A stretch of DNA of 63,262 bases, filler included, from Rhabdomonas costata (taxonomy: Eukaryota): assembly GCA_019059605.1 (NCBI GenBank). It is 42 parts of 42 records of this genome, joined end to end, with 100 filler letters (N's around TTAATTAATTAA, not from the genome) between each part and the next. Parts side by side here need not be neighbours in the genome. Positions count along the whole stretch, not along the records: positions 10,581 to 11,989 come from JAHMHO010016789.1; positions 12,090 to 13,498 come from JAHMHO010016790.1; positions 13,599 to 15,006 come from JAHMHO010016791.1; positions 15,107 to 16,515 come from JAHMHO010016792.1; positions 16,616 to 18,024 come from JAHMHO010016793.1; positions 18,125 to 19,533 come from JAHMHO010016794.1; positions 19,634 to 21,040 come from JAHMHO010016795.1; positions 21,141 to 22,549 come from JAHMHO010016796.1; 34 more parts are not named here. One strand, 5' to 3'. Positions within the stretch are counted from its first letter, which is position 1. Each line of letters begins with the position of its first letter. The notes under the pieces are model-generated. The model ran no database searches. It worked only from the letters and a program-made list of their open reading frames with translations, and was not told the origin of the DNA. The translations under genes and the position numbers were made by a program. Of the stretch, positions 10,594 through 23,220 are shown piece after piece.

Positions 10594-11934
10594 TTGGGGT
10601 TTTGGTTTAAGTGGAGAGCGATGGATTTATCACTAGCAGAAGGAGATGAGAAGCGCATGATGCATATAAAGCTGAGTAGTGCAGAGAGAATCAACTTCAA
10701 AGAACTGGAAGGGAATGACCACGCCATGTTCTTACCATTTCAGTACCCCGTAGTTGTGCCCACAGAAGAGGAGGCGCGGAACCACGTTCGTTGAAACCAG
10801 AAGAGAGAGAGGTGATGATTGGTGTTGACGCAAATGGAGATGACGAGACAGAGGAGACGGCCACGTCATATAGGAGTGTGTTAGATGAATATTACCAGTC
10901 AGTGTCAAGGTCGAGACACGATAAGAGGCGTGAGAAACAGGAGGAGGGCGTGGTGAGGTGTTTTTGTAATAATCCTGTGATATACAAAACCGCAAAGATT
11001 ATGGACGTGGATATGTAGTACTTTGAATATTCTTCGGAATTGGTCTATTCGCACCCCACGCATGACCACACAGGCGTATATGAAAAGACAGTAAGCTCCA
11101 TTGCTCTTCTCTAAGTGGAACGCATATCAAGATACACCAGGATTCCTGGAGGAGACGCTGAACAGAAGATGCCAGAGAGGCCACTTTTGAAGACGAATGG
11201 TGACCCTTGCCGCGCCCAGGCAACTCATGGGGATGAGGGAAGCGGACTGGCAGCCAAGATACTGTCATTGATCAATGGCCAAGGAGATATCCTGCGCACG
11301 CTGCTACACCTAGGCATCAAAAAACGCAGAGCTCCCTACTGGGATTACCAGCACGACAAGGCCCTTCCACCTGTCCACGCGCAGCACGTACTGCAGGCCA
11401 GGATGCTGAAATGTACTAGAATCGTGGCCCACAGCCGGCACTTTGCTCGATGGAGATTCAGGAGAATGGCGGAAGCTCTAGCATAAATATCTGTTAGAGA
11501 TCGGTTAAGAAGGCGCACGTGGACGCAGAGATAGCCATCGTAAAGGTAGAAAGCCGCACACGGCAAGGCATCCAGCACGTCTCGCATGGAAGCACGAAGC
11601 GTCACAGCAAAGGACAGCGGCCTGCACACTTCCACCGGTTGATTACCCACCTCCGAGCGAATGGTGTAGACGTTCGCCTTCAGGGAGTTGGAGAACAGTA
11701 GCACCACAACGCATATCGTAGGAAGAAAGGAAAATGGACCGCTATGGCGGAGAGCACGGAGGAGCGGCCCAGCGTGTTAAAAGCGTTCGAGAAGTCTACC
11801 TGGAGTATTGCTTACCATGGGGGAAGACTGCCGGAAATGTACCGAACGCAATGAATAACAACTTCCGCATCACACTGGAGACAAAGTCCGACATCATTGG
11901 GGTGAAGTTGTGCAGCAGTTGTTCAGCTTGGTAG
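10594..11934 (+). pseudogene. Decayed, intron-free coding-like region of unknown family (possibly element or virus derived)
   Basis: Successive + strand ORF pieces (10594-10794, 10791-11018, 11115-11486, 11519-11701, 11734-11934) broken by stops and frameshifts. Purine-rich coding-like bias, no clear intron signals. Confidence 0.35.
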
Positions 11935-13658
11935 AGCCCAACTAGACAATTAGCCTCCAGGCTGCGTAGGCATCCCACAACAACAAACANNNNNNNNNNN
12001 NNNNNNNNNNNNNNNNNNNNNNNNNNNNNNNNNTTAATTAATTAANNNNNNNNNNNNNNNNNNNNNNNNNNNNNNNNNNNNNNNNNNNNTTCTTTCGGGT
12101 AAACACAAACTATGCGGATTTTCACAACAAAACAAAACAAGAAGCTGCGAAGGAAACGGGCAACGGACGTGACCTGAGGAAATCCACTTTGGTAACAGTT
12201 CCCCGATAAGCATGTGAAAGGCAGGGCACTGCGCACAGCAGCAACCTTTGGCCGTGAAAGAACGTTGACTGTTGCACAAACTAAGAAGCACCATTCTTCA
12301 ATGGTCTAAGTCCGCAAGAATAATCGTATTCGTTTCTTGCAGAAAAGACGCGGTCAAAGCAGCTGCGAGGTAGAAGCACTGGTTTCCAGTGACAGTGACC
12401 TGACCATCGAACCCTCTTCACTCCATTTCTGCAGGCGACTTAACAGAATGTGATAAATCGCTGTCACTATAATCCCTGCTGCACCACCCGCCAAAAAAAA
12501 ACAGCAGCAGCGTCCAGGGCGCTGCGGCGGATGCGACGAATATGCGGAGAAGAGACCGGTACAAAGCACCGCATACAGAGACCGAAAAAAGAAAAAAAGA
12601 ATTGCCGTAGCTGAAACCAAAAAGCGAAAATACGTGGAAGCAGACATAGAATCAGCAAAACTTTAGTCCCGCTTTCTAGCCACTTGATACATAACGACGT
12701 GCGGATCAATACCGCTGGGGAAATATACACACGGCCGACAAAGAAGGGTCAGACACACAATCACTTACAGATGGAGCTTTCGGGGGCATCAGGCGCACAA
12801 ACCAACCCACACAATGAAGCTATAGAGAAGTTACGCAGCGGTCCTTGTGAAGGCGAGCGCGAAAAAGCGAGAGGGGCAAGAGAGAGAGAAGCACAACGTC
12901 AAAATCCAACGGGGCACCGTAAAAATGCAACGACGGTTACGTTTTGCTTCAGGGACACGATTCGCACATCCGGTGGTTGGTATATCCTTTTTCTTTCCGA
13001 TCTGAGGAAGGCAGCTGCTCTGCTCTCCTGAGGTTTCTGCAATGGCCATTAGTATGCGCCCCCTTTTCCGGGCTTTGCCAGTACCAGGCTCGACAAGAAG
13101 GGGCTGAAGATAAGGCTGCCCCCTCCCCCATATCCACAACGGAGGTGACAGAAGGAAGACGAAAGGAAGACGTACCAAATGCGGGGAAAGGGGAAGGGAG
13201 AAGGAAGGCTGCCTTTTATTAGCTGGAGGCCAGTCGCCGCGGCTGAAGCCAGCCCGAAGGGATAGGTGCGCTCACCATCAATCGCCTTCTCACGGCACAG
13301 GTGCTGGCACAGGTCGCTACTCAGGCTGCCACAGATCGGGAAGACCTCCGTCTCCTGCGTCCGAGTCAGCTCCACCGCGGGCAGCCAAAGGCTGGAACCA
13401 GAAGGGATCGAAAATAATTCATACAATTTTAGCGTTTCCAAATATGCGACCACAGACACTTACTAAGAACGCTTTGAGTGGGCTCAAGGTTTCAAAAGNN
13501 NNNNNNNNNNNNNNNNNNNNNNNNNNNNNNNNNNNNNNNNNNTTAATTAATTAANNNNNNNNNNNNNNNNNNNNNNNNNNNNNNNNNNNNNNNNNNNNGT
13601 TTGTTATTTCGCCTCTTCTCCTTGTTTGTTCCTTGCTATTGCCCTCACTCTTCAGATT

Positions 13659-14740
13659 CGGCCAGGTTCGAGAGGATCCGGAGGTGCACGCGACCACCGG
13701 TGATCTCTTCAATCATCGGCTGAATCTGAAGAGTGAGGGCAATAGCAAGGAACAAACAAGGAGAAGAGGCGAAATAACAAACACAAATATTACGTCAGAA
13801 AATCCAATAAGGTGACAATGTATTGCCTTTTCGCAGGCCGTGTTGATGGCGTTGGCGCCCATTGCGTCGCAGGTGTTGTAAATCAGATGGCAGACTAAAA
13901 AGGGGCCCACAGGGGAGCTCGCAAACTCGCGGACTTCCAGCTCACGCGCCCCGCCCCCGGCCTTCACAATGATTGGGTCGATCTTATTCACCGCCTCAAG
14001 AATCCTGGCCTTCGCCTCCAGGATCTTTAGCTTTGCCACAGCAAGGTTGTCCAAGTCCAGGATCTGCAGCTGCCCTATCATCTCAGGCTCCGTAGAAGAC
14101 GCTGTGAAGTGCAGAAGACTAATGATGACGAAGACGAGAAAACAATTACACTGTCCCACTGATATTTCAAGATGACTGGGTGACATTCATTTCTTCATGC
14201 CTGCCAAGTGCCTTTATCTACATTGAGCCTTGACACTGAGTCGGGCACACATGGAAAAACAAGCATTCTGAAACGCACTCTGAAAGCCTCCCCCGTCTCG
14301 AGCCAGCTTCGCCATAAAGGAACACCCGGCAACGATTGAAGGCTCCTCCGTGACCATGGGAATGAGCACTTCGCGGCCATTAACCTGAGAAAAACATCGG
14401 AGTAAGCGGTGCTTGTGCAACGCTGGATGGGCTAAATCTGAAGTGGGTTGAGATGCCGCCAAAACTTGCTGTGTTCACAACAAACAATGTTTCGCGCCCC
14501 GGAAACAAACAGGGTCAGACCATGAAGTTCGTGGCGACTCCCAAGGGCAGGGCGAAGGTGCCGATGACATTCTCAATGAGAGTGTCGCCCTTGGTGGCGT
14601 CGATGCCTCCGTTCAGGGCCTGTATATCCGAGGAAGGCAGCTTGACAAGCTCCACGACCTTCTTCTGCCGCTCTGCGGGGGTGAGTTTGAAGAAGTCCGG
14701 GATCCGCGAGGAGGGCCCCGCAGTCGACAAAGGCCGAACG
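13659..14740 (-). CDS. Class II (prokaryote-type) HMG-CoA reductase, 4 exons: 14740-14521, 14384-14279, 14101-13827, 13725-~13659; incomplete at both ends
   Basis: Spliced product contains [55 protein letters not shown] and [19 protein letters not shown] and LRILSNL are class II signatures (class I has TTEG). Introns 14385-14520 and 14102-14278 are GT-AG; 13726-13826 is GC-AG. Confidence 0.95.
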
Positions 14741-15261
14741 CTGAAAATAAATGGGGACTACCATTTGACCATCCAGGTGTCGATGATAGAGCATTATGGC
14801 GCTTTGGAGTGGGTGGAGTGGATGACGTATAACGTTGCTATGCGGCAATTGGTCAGCCACGTGCACGTAGAACTGCTGACTCACCCCCCCCCCCCCACAC
14901 ACACATCAAACAACAAACGAAACTGACCAATCAAAAAACAATAAAGGGAAGAGAGTGAAAGGGAAATACCCCGTAAAAAGCAACGTCTTGCACAGTCCAC
15001 AAACCCNNNNNNNNNNNNNNNNNNNNNNNNNNNNNNNNNNNNNNNNNNNNTTAATTAATTAANNNNNNNNNNNNNNNNNNNNNNNNNNNNNNNNNNNNNN
15101 NNNNNNGGGGGTGTGTGGACCTCGAGTCCTCCCCAGAAAAAACTCATCCTTGTCAAGTGCACCAAGTGTGTGTGGGGGGGTATTTTGCTTATGTGGCGTG
15201 AAGTAAAGGAGCCAAAGGCCGCACCAGTGAACCTTGGTTGACTTTTTCATTTGTTTGTTAG

Positions 15262-16503
15262 GGTAGAGAGCTACAAGCTCACGAAGAGCCTCCCTTCGGA
15301 GCAGTTCGGGGACATGGTTCAGCGGCTCTACTACCGCCAACTGGAGCAGGGCTCTGCCCGGGGAGCGCGGGGAGGGGGAGGGGTGTCAGCAGGATTTTTT
15401 TTGGTGGTTCTAGTTTAGTGGCTTGGGATTGGAGCTTATCTCCATGTGTAGTATGTGATGGCTTGGTTGGGCCCCCATGGTCACGAGGGTTCGCACACAC
15501 ACACACATACTCTTCACACACGCGCACGCATGCATGCACGCACGCGCGCGCTCCTATCTACCCGCACACGGAGGTTGGGGGGGGGGAGGCGCAAAGCAAT
15601 TGGACCCCTGCCGTGTTCCTCACCTTCCTTCTCATAATGTTGCTTCTTCCTAAGAGAGGTACACCTCAGTAATTCGTTGGGTATGTGCGTATATACGTTG
15701 TGTATCTTCCTTTTCCGTATTTGCGTTTACATACTTCGGTGCACACTCTTGGGTTGCGTCTTGTCTTTCTCTGATCTGCTGATAGATAAACATCGGGCTC
15801 AAAAGCAAGCCGCCCAGGCTCCTCCCCCTGCCCCGAAGAGCCCCCCACGCTCCCAGGCGGAAGCCACGCAGCTGTACTACGAGCGGTCTCCTTCACTGCA
15901 CCCCTTCCCTGTTCTTGCTGCATACATGCTCCCCACATGGTCTGTGGCACAGGTATGAGGTGCCGAATAAGTGGTTCATTCATTGCACCCCGCATCCCCA
16001 TCGCCATCAGTGTGTGTGGTCGTGATCGTTTGAGAAAACAGCAAGATGAGTGAAAACGGCAAGGTGAGAGAAGTTTTGCCCTAAAACTGCCCAAGGATTA
16101 ACCAATTGCTGGGCTTTGTTAAGGAAGCCTGTTCGAAACGCAGCCTGAGCTGCTGCTGCTGCTGATTCCGTGCTATTTTTATGACATGTTACAATCTTTA
16201 CAATCTTATAGTGGGACTCGAGGGAATTTTCACCACTGCCAACGGTTGCTCTCCTCCCCAAGATCCTGAGCACCCCTTATGGCCGTTTCCCTGTGCTTTT
16301 GCTGTGCTTCAAAGTTCATTCCTGATGTGTTGGGAGTTAGGCTGAAGGAGCGAGAGGAGAGCCGCGAGCAGCTTCGCGCGAAGTACCTCACCGAGCCACA
16401 AGTCTCGAGACTGACTGAGGAGCAGATGAGCGCGCTCTCCGCCCGCCTCAGCCCGCCAAGGCAGACCTCGACCCCATCGTCGAAGGCGAAGCGTGCCTCC
16501 TGA
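15262..16503 (+). CDS. C-terminal exons (15262-15350, 15786-15885, 16341-16503) of a charged helical-repeat protein of unknown function
   Basis: SLPSEQFGDMVQRLYYRQLEQ / DKHRAQKQ...ATQLYYE / RLKEREESREQLRAKYL...RLTEEQMSALSARL...TGA. The L-x2-EQ-x5/6-RL motif repeats and splice phases are compatible. Confidence 0.55.
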
Positions 16504-19500
16504 GCCCACAACCCCNNNNNNNNNNNNNNNNNNNNNNNNNNNNNNNNNNNNNNNNNNNNTTAATTAATTAANNNNNNNNNNNNNNNNNNNNNNNNNNNNN
16601 NNNNNNNNNNNNNNNGGGGGTTTGTAGGACATGGTTAACTATTATTTTTGCGTGGGCCGATTCTTCTTTTGCTCTCCGCATTGATGGAAGCCTGAGAGTT
16701 TTCTCGGTGGTTGACTGGATTGTTCTTTAGTGATGGCCCGAGTGCATCGCGTGCATCGAGTGCACGCCATCGCAATATCAGTAGGTCCCGTCTAACAGAG
16801 TAACCTGTTTCGTTCGAAGTGTCGCCCGTGATGTGCGTGTCGATGTGGTTGGTGGTGATGCGTTCTTCTTGTACATTGGTTGAAGTTTCGCCCTCCTACC
16901 TTGCGTTCATCCCATGCGATCCCTGACCCCTCTCTCCTTGAGAGATTTTCGTCCCCGTCAATCCTCGTGGAGATGAGAGGGAAAATGGGCGATTGCCTCC
17001 ATCCCGATTCGTAAGACAGACTCTTACGGAGAGGATCGCACACGAAGCCTGTTATTTCAGGTCACAGGAAAGTATTTTCTATGCTGCTGTGCTGCTGTGG
17101 CTTTGTGCTGGGCATCCTTCTCTGTCGGGGTGAGGTTTCACCTCCTGTGGTAACACGATTAATTGCCCTTTTATGTACCCGCCCACTGGGTGTGATGCCA
17201 CAATTTTTTGCGTTTTGTGTTGTTGTAGAAACACCCATAGTGGAACAGTGATGTTGCTCCCCGGTTGAGTTTCTTTTGTTTCCCTGCCATAGGGATTCCT
17301 TATAGTGGTCGGATCCCCAATTCTTTAAAATGATGATGATCTAATAACAACTGCATAGAAAAGTGAAAGTGTTTCATTGTGCTAAGTTAATGGTAAAGAT
17401 GCAACTGTGGGGGGTTTTCTTTTTCTGTGGGGTTGCGAAACTGCTCGTCTTGGGTTTTTCAACGCCGCACATCTCTGATCGGCACTCTCTACCCCTCTGC
17501 CGAGAAGATTTTTATCATGCGTGACAGCCCGATATCCCGGACGTCTCCCCAACGACTTGCTCATCAATAACATACATGAACACGGAGGCAGACCACATAA
17601 CCGAACTTCTGTGGGCTTCATTCCAGAGTCGCCTTTCTCACAAAAATGGACAAATTGGAAAGCACATCACTATAAGAAACGCAAGACCATACCCGATCTG
17701 GAGGAACTGTTGGTTACGGTTCTTCTATACTCTCCTCTCAGTTTCACCTTACCCATGGAAAACGATTCTGACGTTATAAGCCGGGGGGTAAGTTAGGTCT
17801 CAGCTGTTTTCCTTTGTATCCTGCGTCGTGAGGCGTTTAGGAGAAGGTTCTGGCGGTTTTCTTTTTGATGTGAGAGCAGCGATTTTGTGACCTTTTGTTT
17901 TGGTTTTCAACTGCATGATGCCTTACCAAGAGCATTGGGTGATGAGAAAGCTATGAGTAAAGCCAACCTCTGACCTTGGAGTTTTTTCTTGCTGAGGGAG
18001 AGAATGCGAGAGTGCTTTGCTTCCNNNNNNNNNNNNNNNNNNNNNNNNNNNNNNNNNNNNNNNNNNNNTTAATTAATTAANNNNNNNNNNNNNNNNNNNN
18101 NNNNNNNNNNNNNNNNNNNNNNNNGGGGGGGGTTGGGATCTCCACGACGCGACGAGCAAGAACAACATCATGAAACGACAACCATCCATGACGCCTTCCA
18201 CTGGCATGTGGTGGGTCATTGTGCCCGTGCTTGGGCTGATTCTGGTCGTAGTGCTCCTCCTGGTCGTTAGACCACATGTGTTTGCTCCTGCTCTGACATT
18301 GGTGCGAATATGCTCTACCAGCAATCCCCAGTTCCGTACGACGTGGCGGAGGTGAAGTGCAGGTTCATAAGCATCAGAATAACCACCATAAAATGGATCA
18401 GGCGGAACAACAACTAAAACTCAAAGTAGAATACGAATCCCCTTGGCAGCCCTCCACCAGCCATTATCGGGGCGCCTTGAGCCCACAACTTAGGAGCTCG
18501 ACTACTTGAATAACAACCTGAAGCTATCCTCAACCATGTTGTTGTTGTAACACTCCAACGATATTGCTGGAACACTCACTCCTACCTCTGGCGCTGGTGA
18601 TTCAGTTGTATTCTGCTGGTGTTTTACTGTATCCCGACATTTATTGCACAAGGTGGGAGCTGCTTCGAATTATCTAGGTGACTGCACTTCTTCAAATTAA
18701 GTGGGTCGCTGTGGATCTGCTTTCCTTGAGCATATCATTCAAAAATTAATGGCGCCGATCACTTGCCGTTTGGCGATTTTGAATCTTGAAACCTCATGCA
18801 AATGAGGTGTGTGATGAGACGCACATGTAGTTTTGGAAAGCTGCTCTGGACACAGGTGTGGTCGAATTGACAGGCCTTAATGCTCACATCTTCTGGGATG
18901 TGGAGGTGTTCTGCTGGGAGGGATCCTTTCGCAATTTTTTCAACGATCTCCCACCCAAACAAAAGGACGTGAAAGTGGCAATCGACTGCTCACGCACCAT
19001 GTCCTGTGTAACTCTGCAGTGTCGTTCACAAACCAACTCTGCAAACTCTACACCACCGCACGTCTAAACAGTCTTCCTCCTTGTCTCCTCTCGTCTGTGG
19101 ACTGCGGGTCTGCAAAATCAAAGTGAAAAAACTCTGAAAAAACAATCTGGCGACGACTTTTTGATTTGCTGAACGCATAACGTTATGCACATATAACGAA
19201 AGTAAATATTTTAAAATCCTAGACAAAATAAGGCGTGTAACAAGACACACTATTCGCCTTCTCCGCCTCCTCGGCGGCCTTGTCGGTAAAAATACTCTGG
19301 ATAATTGGACTCATCGCCTCTCCATGCGGCTTCCTCCAGTGGTCAGGCTCTCTGTCACACTGGGCCTCCACACACAATCACTCCATCGGGTGGTTGGCCT
19401 CGAGAGGATTAACTTGGACATCCGTAGCCATTCACCTTTTCGACCTAAGTGAATCTTCCTTAAGCCTTTGAAAGCTTGTTTCTGGAAACACCGTATTCCC

Positions 19501-19849
19501 TGGTAAGTGTAGAGGTAGAAATGACCCAAAACANNNNNNNNNNNNNNNNNNNNNNNNNNNNNNNNNNNNNNNNNNNNTTAATTAATTAANNNNNNNNNNN
19601 NNNNNNNNNNNNNNNNNNNNNNNNNNNNNNNNNTGTTGGGGTGGGGTCACTGCTCAAATGAAGAGATGAGACTTTGCATGTGCGAAACAAAAGTTTGTGA
19701 AGCAAACTCTCTTTTCTTTCTTCTTTGTTGCGCTTTTTCTTTGAATCGGAAACTCACGGAAATCAAAACAGAGCATGCCCGGAACAGACGGAGAGTGGAG
19801 ATGCTTTGCGCAATGGTTGGGTGGTGGGCTACGCTATTCAGTGGGCCAC

Positions 19850-19964
19850 GCAGGCCCGGCCGAAAGCTTAGGCTCAGGCTGCAGGCCTGCAAAGGTCCAA
19901 AAAGTGCACTTGAAAATTTCCAAGTCGAAAAGGCCCTTAAAAGGGCCAAAATGGGACCCTGAAA
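19850..19964 (+). repeat. Dispersed repeat family B (second diverged copy at 40947-41031, - strand)
   Basis: Three collinear blocks shared with the reverse complement of contig 28: GCAGGCCCG(G/A)CCGAAAG, GCA(G/A)GCCTGCAAAGG and CAAAATGG..CCCTGAAA. Confidence 0.6.
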
Positions 19965-22692
19965 GGGCCAAATCTCGGCGTAGAGGAGTTCGAGACCAGA
20001 ACTGGTAGAACCTCCAGAACAGCGGTACGAGAAAGAACTGTGTTTGTGTTTAAAGCTAAAAATCTGCATTTGAACTTTCGCCTCCCCCCCCCCCCCCGAC
20101 CGCAACTGGAAACTCGGTTTCGCTTTGTCTGTGGCGAAAAAGGCTTAGAATTGCCGAAGCTGGCGCAAAACTTCAGCGGACTTTGTTTTCATGTGCTGCG
20201 TCCAGCACAGCATTATGTCGCTAATGCATTCGAGGAAATCGCCCAAAACCACATATTAGGCATGGATGAATGCACGCAGAATCAGAGGGATTAAAATTTC
20301 AAAGGGAACGTGAGAGGTACCCGTAGGAGACCCATTCGCTCCTCGCAGGGTGCGACCGTGGGCACTTTTGAACTTCGCTGCCGTCCCGTTGCCCCGGAAG
20401 TGACGGTGCACAGAGGAAGGATGCACGCCATCCCCCAGCAACACTTCAGGGTGCAGAAGCAGCACAAGCATGGCAAGCCCCCAGGCCCACGGGGAAGACC
20501 GCTTCACACACATTTTGTCCAACGCGCACGATGGTCTTCCTTGCTCTCTCCGAGCGAGGCCGCCAGAACGGAACTAGCAGCTCCCCAGTTCTGCCAAATG
20601 GTCCGATAAAAGTAAAAAAGAAACAAGAAGGAAGGAAGGATGGAAGGAAGAACTTATAAAAGCCTGCAAAATACAGGATTGGTTTAACCCACCATCTACA
20701 ATCCCCCAGAAAACCAAAGCAGGGACTGTGACAGTTTCCCTCAATCGTTTGGTTTTTCTAGAATTGCTAAGCAACTTTCCGAAGAAGTTGAGACGCAAAG
20801 GGGCACATAGCCGCAACTGCTTACGGACATTAGATTTGAGTGTTGTTTGGACCGTCTGGTTGCACTGCAGCGCTCCCAAACCATTTTGATTTGCTGCACT
20901 CGTGTCTGGGTGCTTGCAAATTGTCTTACGCTGCACGCACCCTCCTCGAACCCGTTTTGCACGTGTTCGTCCTTTGTACGCGATGCCCTCTGTCAGTGTT
21001 TCGGCTCCCCCCATTTCAGATGGTCAGCGGACCCAACCCCNNNNNNNNNNNNNNNNNNNNNNNNNNNNNNNNNNNNNNNNNNNNTTAATTAATTAANNNN
21101 NNNNNNNNNNNNNNNNNNNNNNNNNNNNNNNNNNNNNNNNGTGGTGGGTGTGTTTGGTGTTTTGGTGTCCAAGCGGGGCCTTTTACCATTAGGGTACCGC
21201 TTACGCTTGGGGCGCCTTCGGCGCTGTACTGTATTTTCCTGTGGTACTGCTCTCTGCCTGCTTTGTTCACCCCTGTCTGCTTCATTTTTGCTCTTTATTA
21301 TTTTGCGAACTCATTCGTTTGGGGGAGCTTCGACACGAACCTTCCACTATCTCCACGGGAGGGGAGCCGCTTTTTGGTCGATTGCAGTTCTCTTCTCAGC
21401 ACGTACTTTGACCTCCTTCTCCTCTCCTATTCTCTTCTTCTACTTCTTTGTGTGCAGTATCCCTCGTTCCTCGGCTTTTGTCCGCTGTGACCCCCCCTAG
21501 CAAGCGACTCATCACCTCCCATCCTTTTCCACTGGGACCTCCAGCAGGACAGGTGGCTCTCCCTCAGGCAGCTGCTTCTGGGAGCTTCTGGGAGAGGAGA
21601 GAAAAAGAGAGAAGACCATGCCCTTGCAAGGAAACGGGGCGGATAGGGGCTTCTTGGGGTGCGCCTGCGATGGTGCCCGCCGTACTCTTAGAGAGCTGGC
21701 ACCACCGCTCTCGTTGCCTTTCACTCCGACTTCCCGAGAAAGCCGCCCTCGACCGCCCTTCCTCCCCAGTCCCGCAAGCATTATACGGGTGAGCCCGGCA
21801 AAAGAAAAAACCTTGAAGCGACGCTCCCTGCACCTCTTTCTCTCTCTGTCCGCTTTTCGTCTCTCTGTATCTCTGGCTTGCTGTCTGCCAGAGAACCATT
21901 GAATAAACAGATTTTACTGAGGAAGTACCGTTTTGTTTCTTTTCTGTGTTTGTGTTTGGCTCTTCGGAGCCTTCTCGGAGGCCCTTCTGCACCCTTTCCA
22001 CTTGTGTTGTGACCAGCCCTTCTTAACATTACGCTCTCATAGGAGAAGGGCTTTGGATCGGTCCAAACCAGCGGGTGAGGGTGTGAACTTCGCCGCCTTA
22101 TTAAGCAAAACTCTAGCTTCGAAGTAGAAACGAGCTTTTGAGTGCAAGCGATTCGCTCAAATGAACTTTTGGTGCCTTGTGAAACATTGTTCACGGGCCA
22201 TTAATGCCATTGAGGGAATCCAGGCAATTCATCCGTCAAATATCGCGGTGGACATTTTTATTTAGCGAACTCAAAAAGTAGGATTGCGAGTAATGTAGTG
22301 AACTGCAAACACAGTTTCTCCCCTGGAAAACTCCTGAAAACCCAAAATCAGACCGAAAAATGTTAAAACTTGGCTTGAAAAGAGACTCAAATCAAGGTAA
22401 GGGCGACGTTCAGGTGCTTTGAGATTCCAACGAGCTCGGTTGACAATGTTTTTTGAGGTACGCTTTTCAGAACAAAGAGGTCACCGTTTTTTGTAGATCA
22501 GTGTAGATTTTTTCACCCGAAAAACCTCTCTTTTTTTTATATTTGACAANNNNNNNNNNNNNNNNNNNNNNNNNNNNNNNNNNNNNNNNNNNNTTAATTA
22601 ATTAANNNNNNNNNNNNNNNNNNNNNNNNNNNNNNNNNNNNNNNNNNNNGTGTTTTGGTGATGCCAACTCTAGGCGCCCTGAATGGGCCTAT

Positions 22693-23220
22693 GTGCGCGA
22701 GTGGCTTGAGCACAACTTCGCCCAGACGTGGATGCTATGGGACCCCGAGGATCTGGAAAACAATATCCGCTTGGGGCAAATGCTTCAGGATGCGGAGCAG
22801 CAGTATGAGGGGTTACGTGCAATTATGAGAGTGTCAGACTACAGCGAACAGCATTGGCTGTCGACCCCACATCAGGTGCAGGATGTCTCAAACCACCGAA
22901 CGCTGTTTGCGTTTGATGACTACTTCGCCTTATTTGGTTTGGGCCGTTCCAACGCGGCCCTTATTAGACGTGCTGGACAAGCAACTGCCGCTCAGTTGCA
23001 CGGGTCGGCCCCTCCCGCACAACCGACTGATCGCGCTTCTTCGTCCTCAGCGATGGTTGTCGCGCCACCATCAATCGCTCCATTGGCAGGTGCGGAAGAA
23101 GCAATCTTTTCAACTGATACCACGCGCAATGTGGAGGCCGCGATTGTCTGCGATGAACTCACGTCAGGAACACCACATTCAACAACGCATGATCCAGCAT
23201 CCGCTCAGCTGGAATCGTGA
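22693..23220 (+). CDS. Intronless hypothetical ORF overlapping the downstream nuclease ORF (possibly one frameshifted gene)
   Basis: 175-codon ORF with a globular-looking N-terminal half and an Ala/Ser/Thr-rich end. Its stop overlaps the start of the -1 frame ORF at 23217. Confidence 0.5.
   Translation: MREWLEHNFAQTWMLWDPEDLENNIRLGQMLQDAEQQYEGLRAIMRVSDYSEQHWLSTPHQVQDVSNHRTLFAFDDYFALFGLGRSNAALIRRAGQATAAQLHGSAPPAQPTDRASSSSAMVVAPPSIAPLAGAEEAIFSTDTTRNVEAAIVCDELTSGTPHSTTHDPASAQLES

Noticed and set aside
11270-11320. GQGDILRTLL as a reverse-transcriptase QG-x-PLS motif
   Set aside because: No downstream (Y/F)xDD or other RT motifs were seen.
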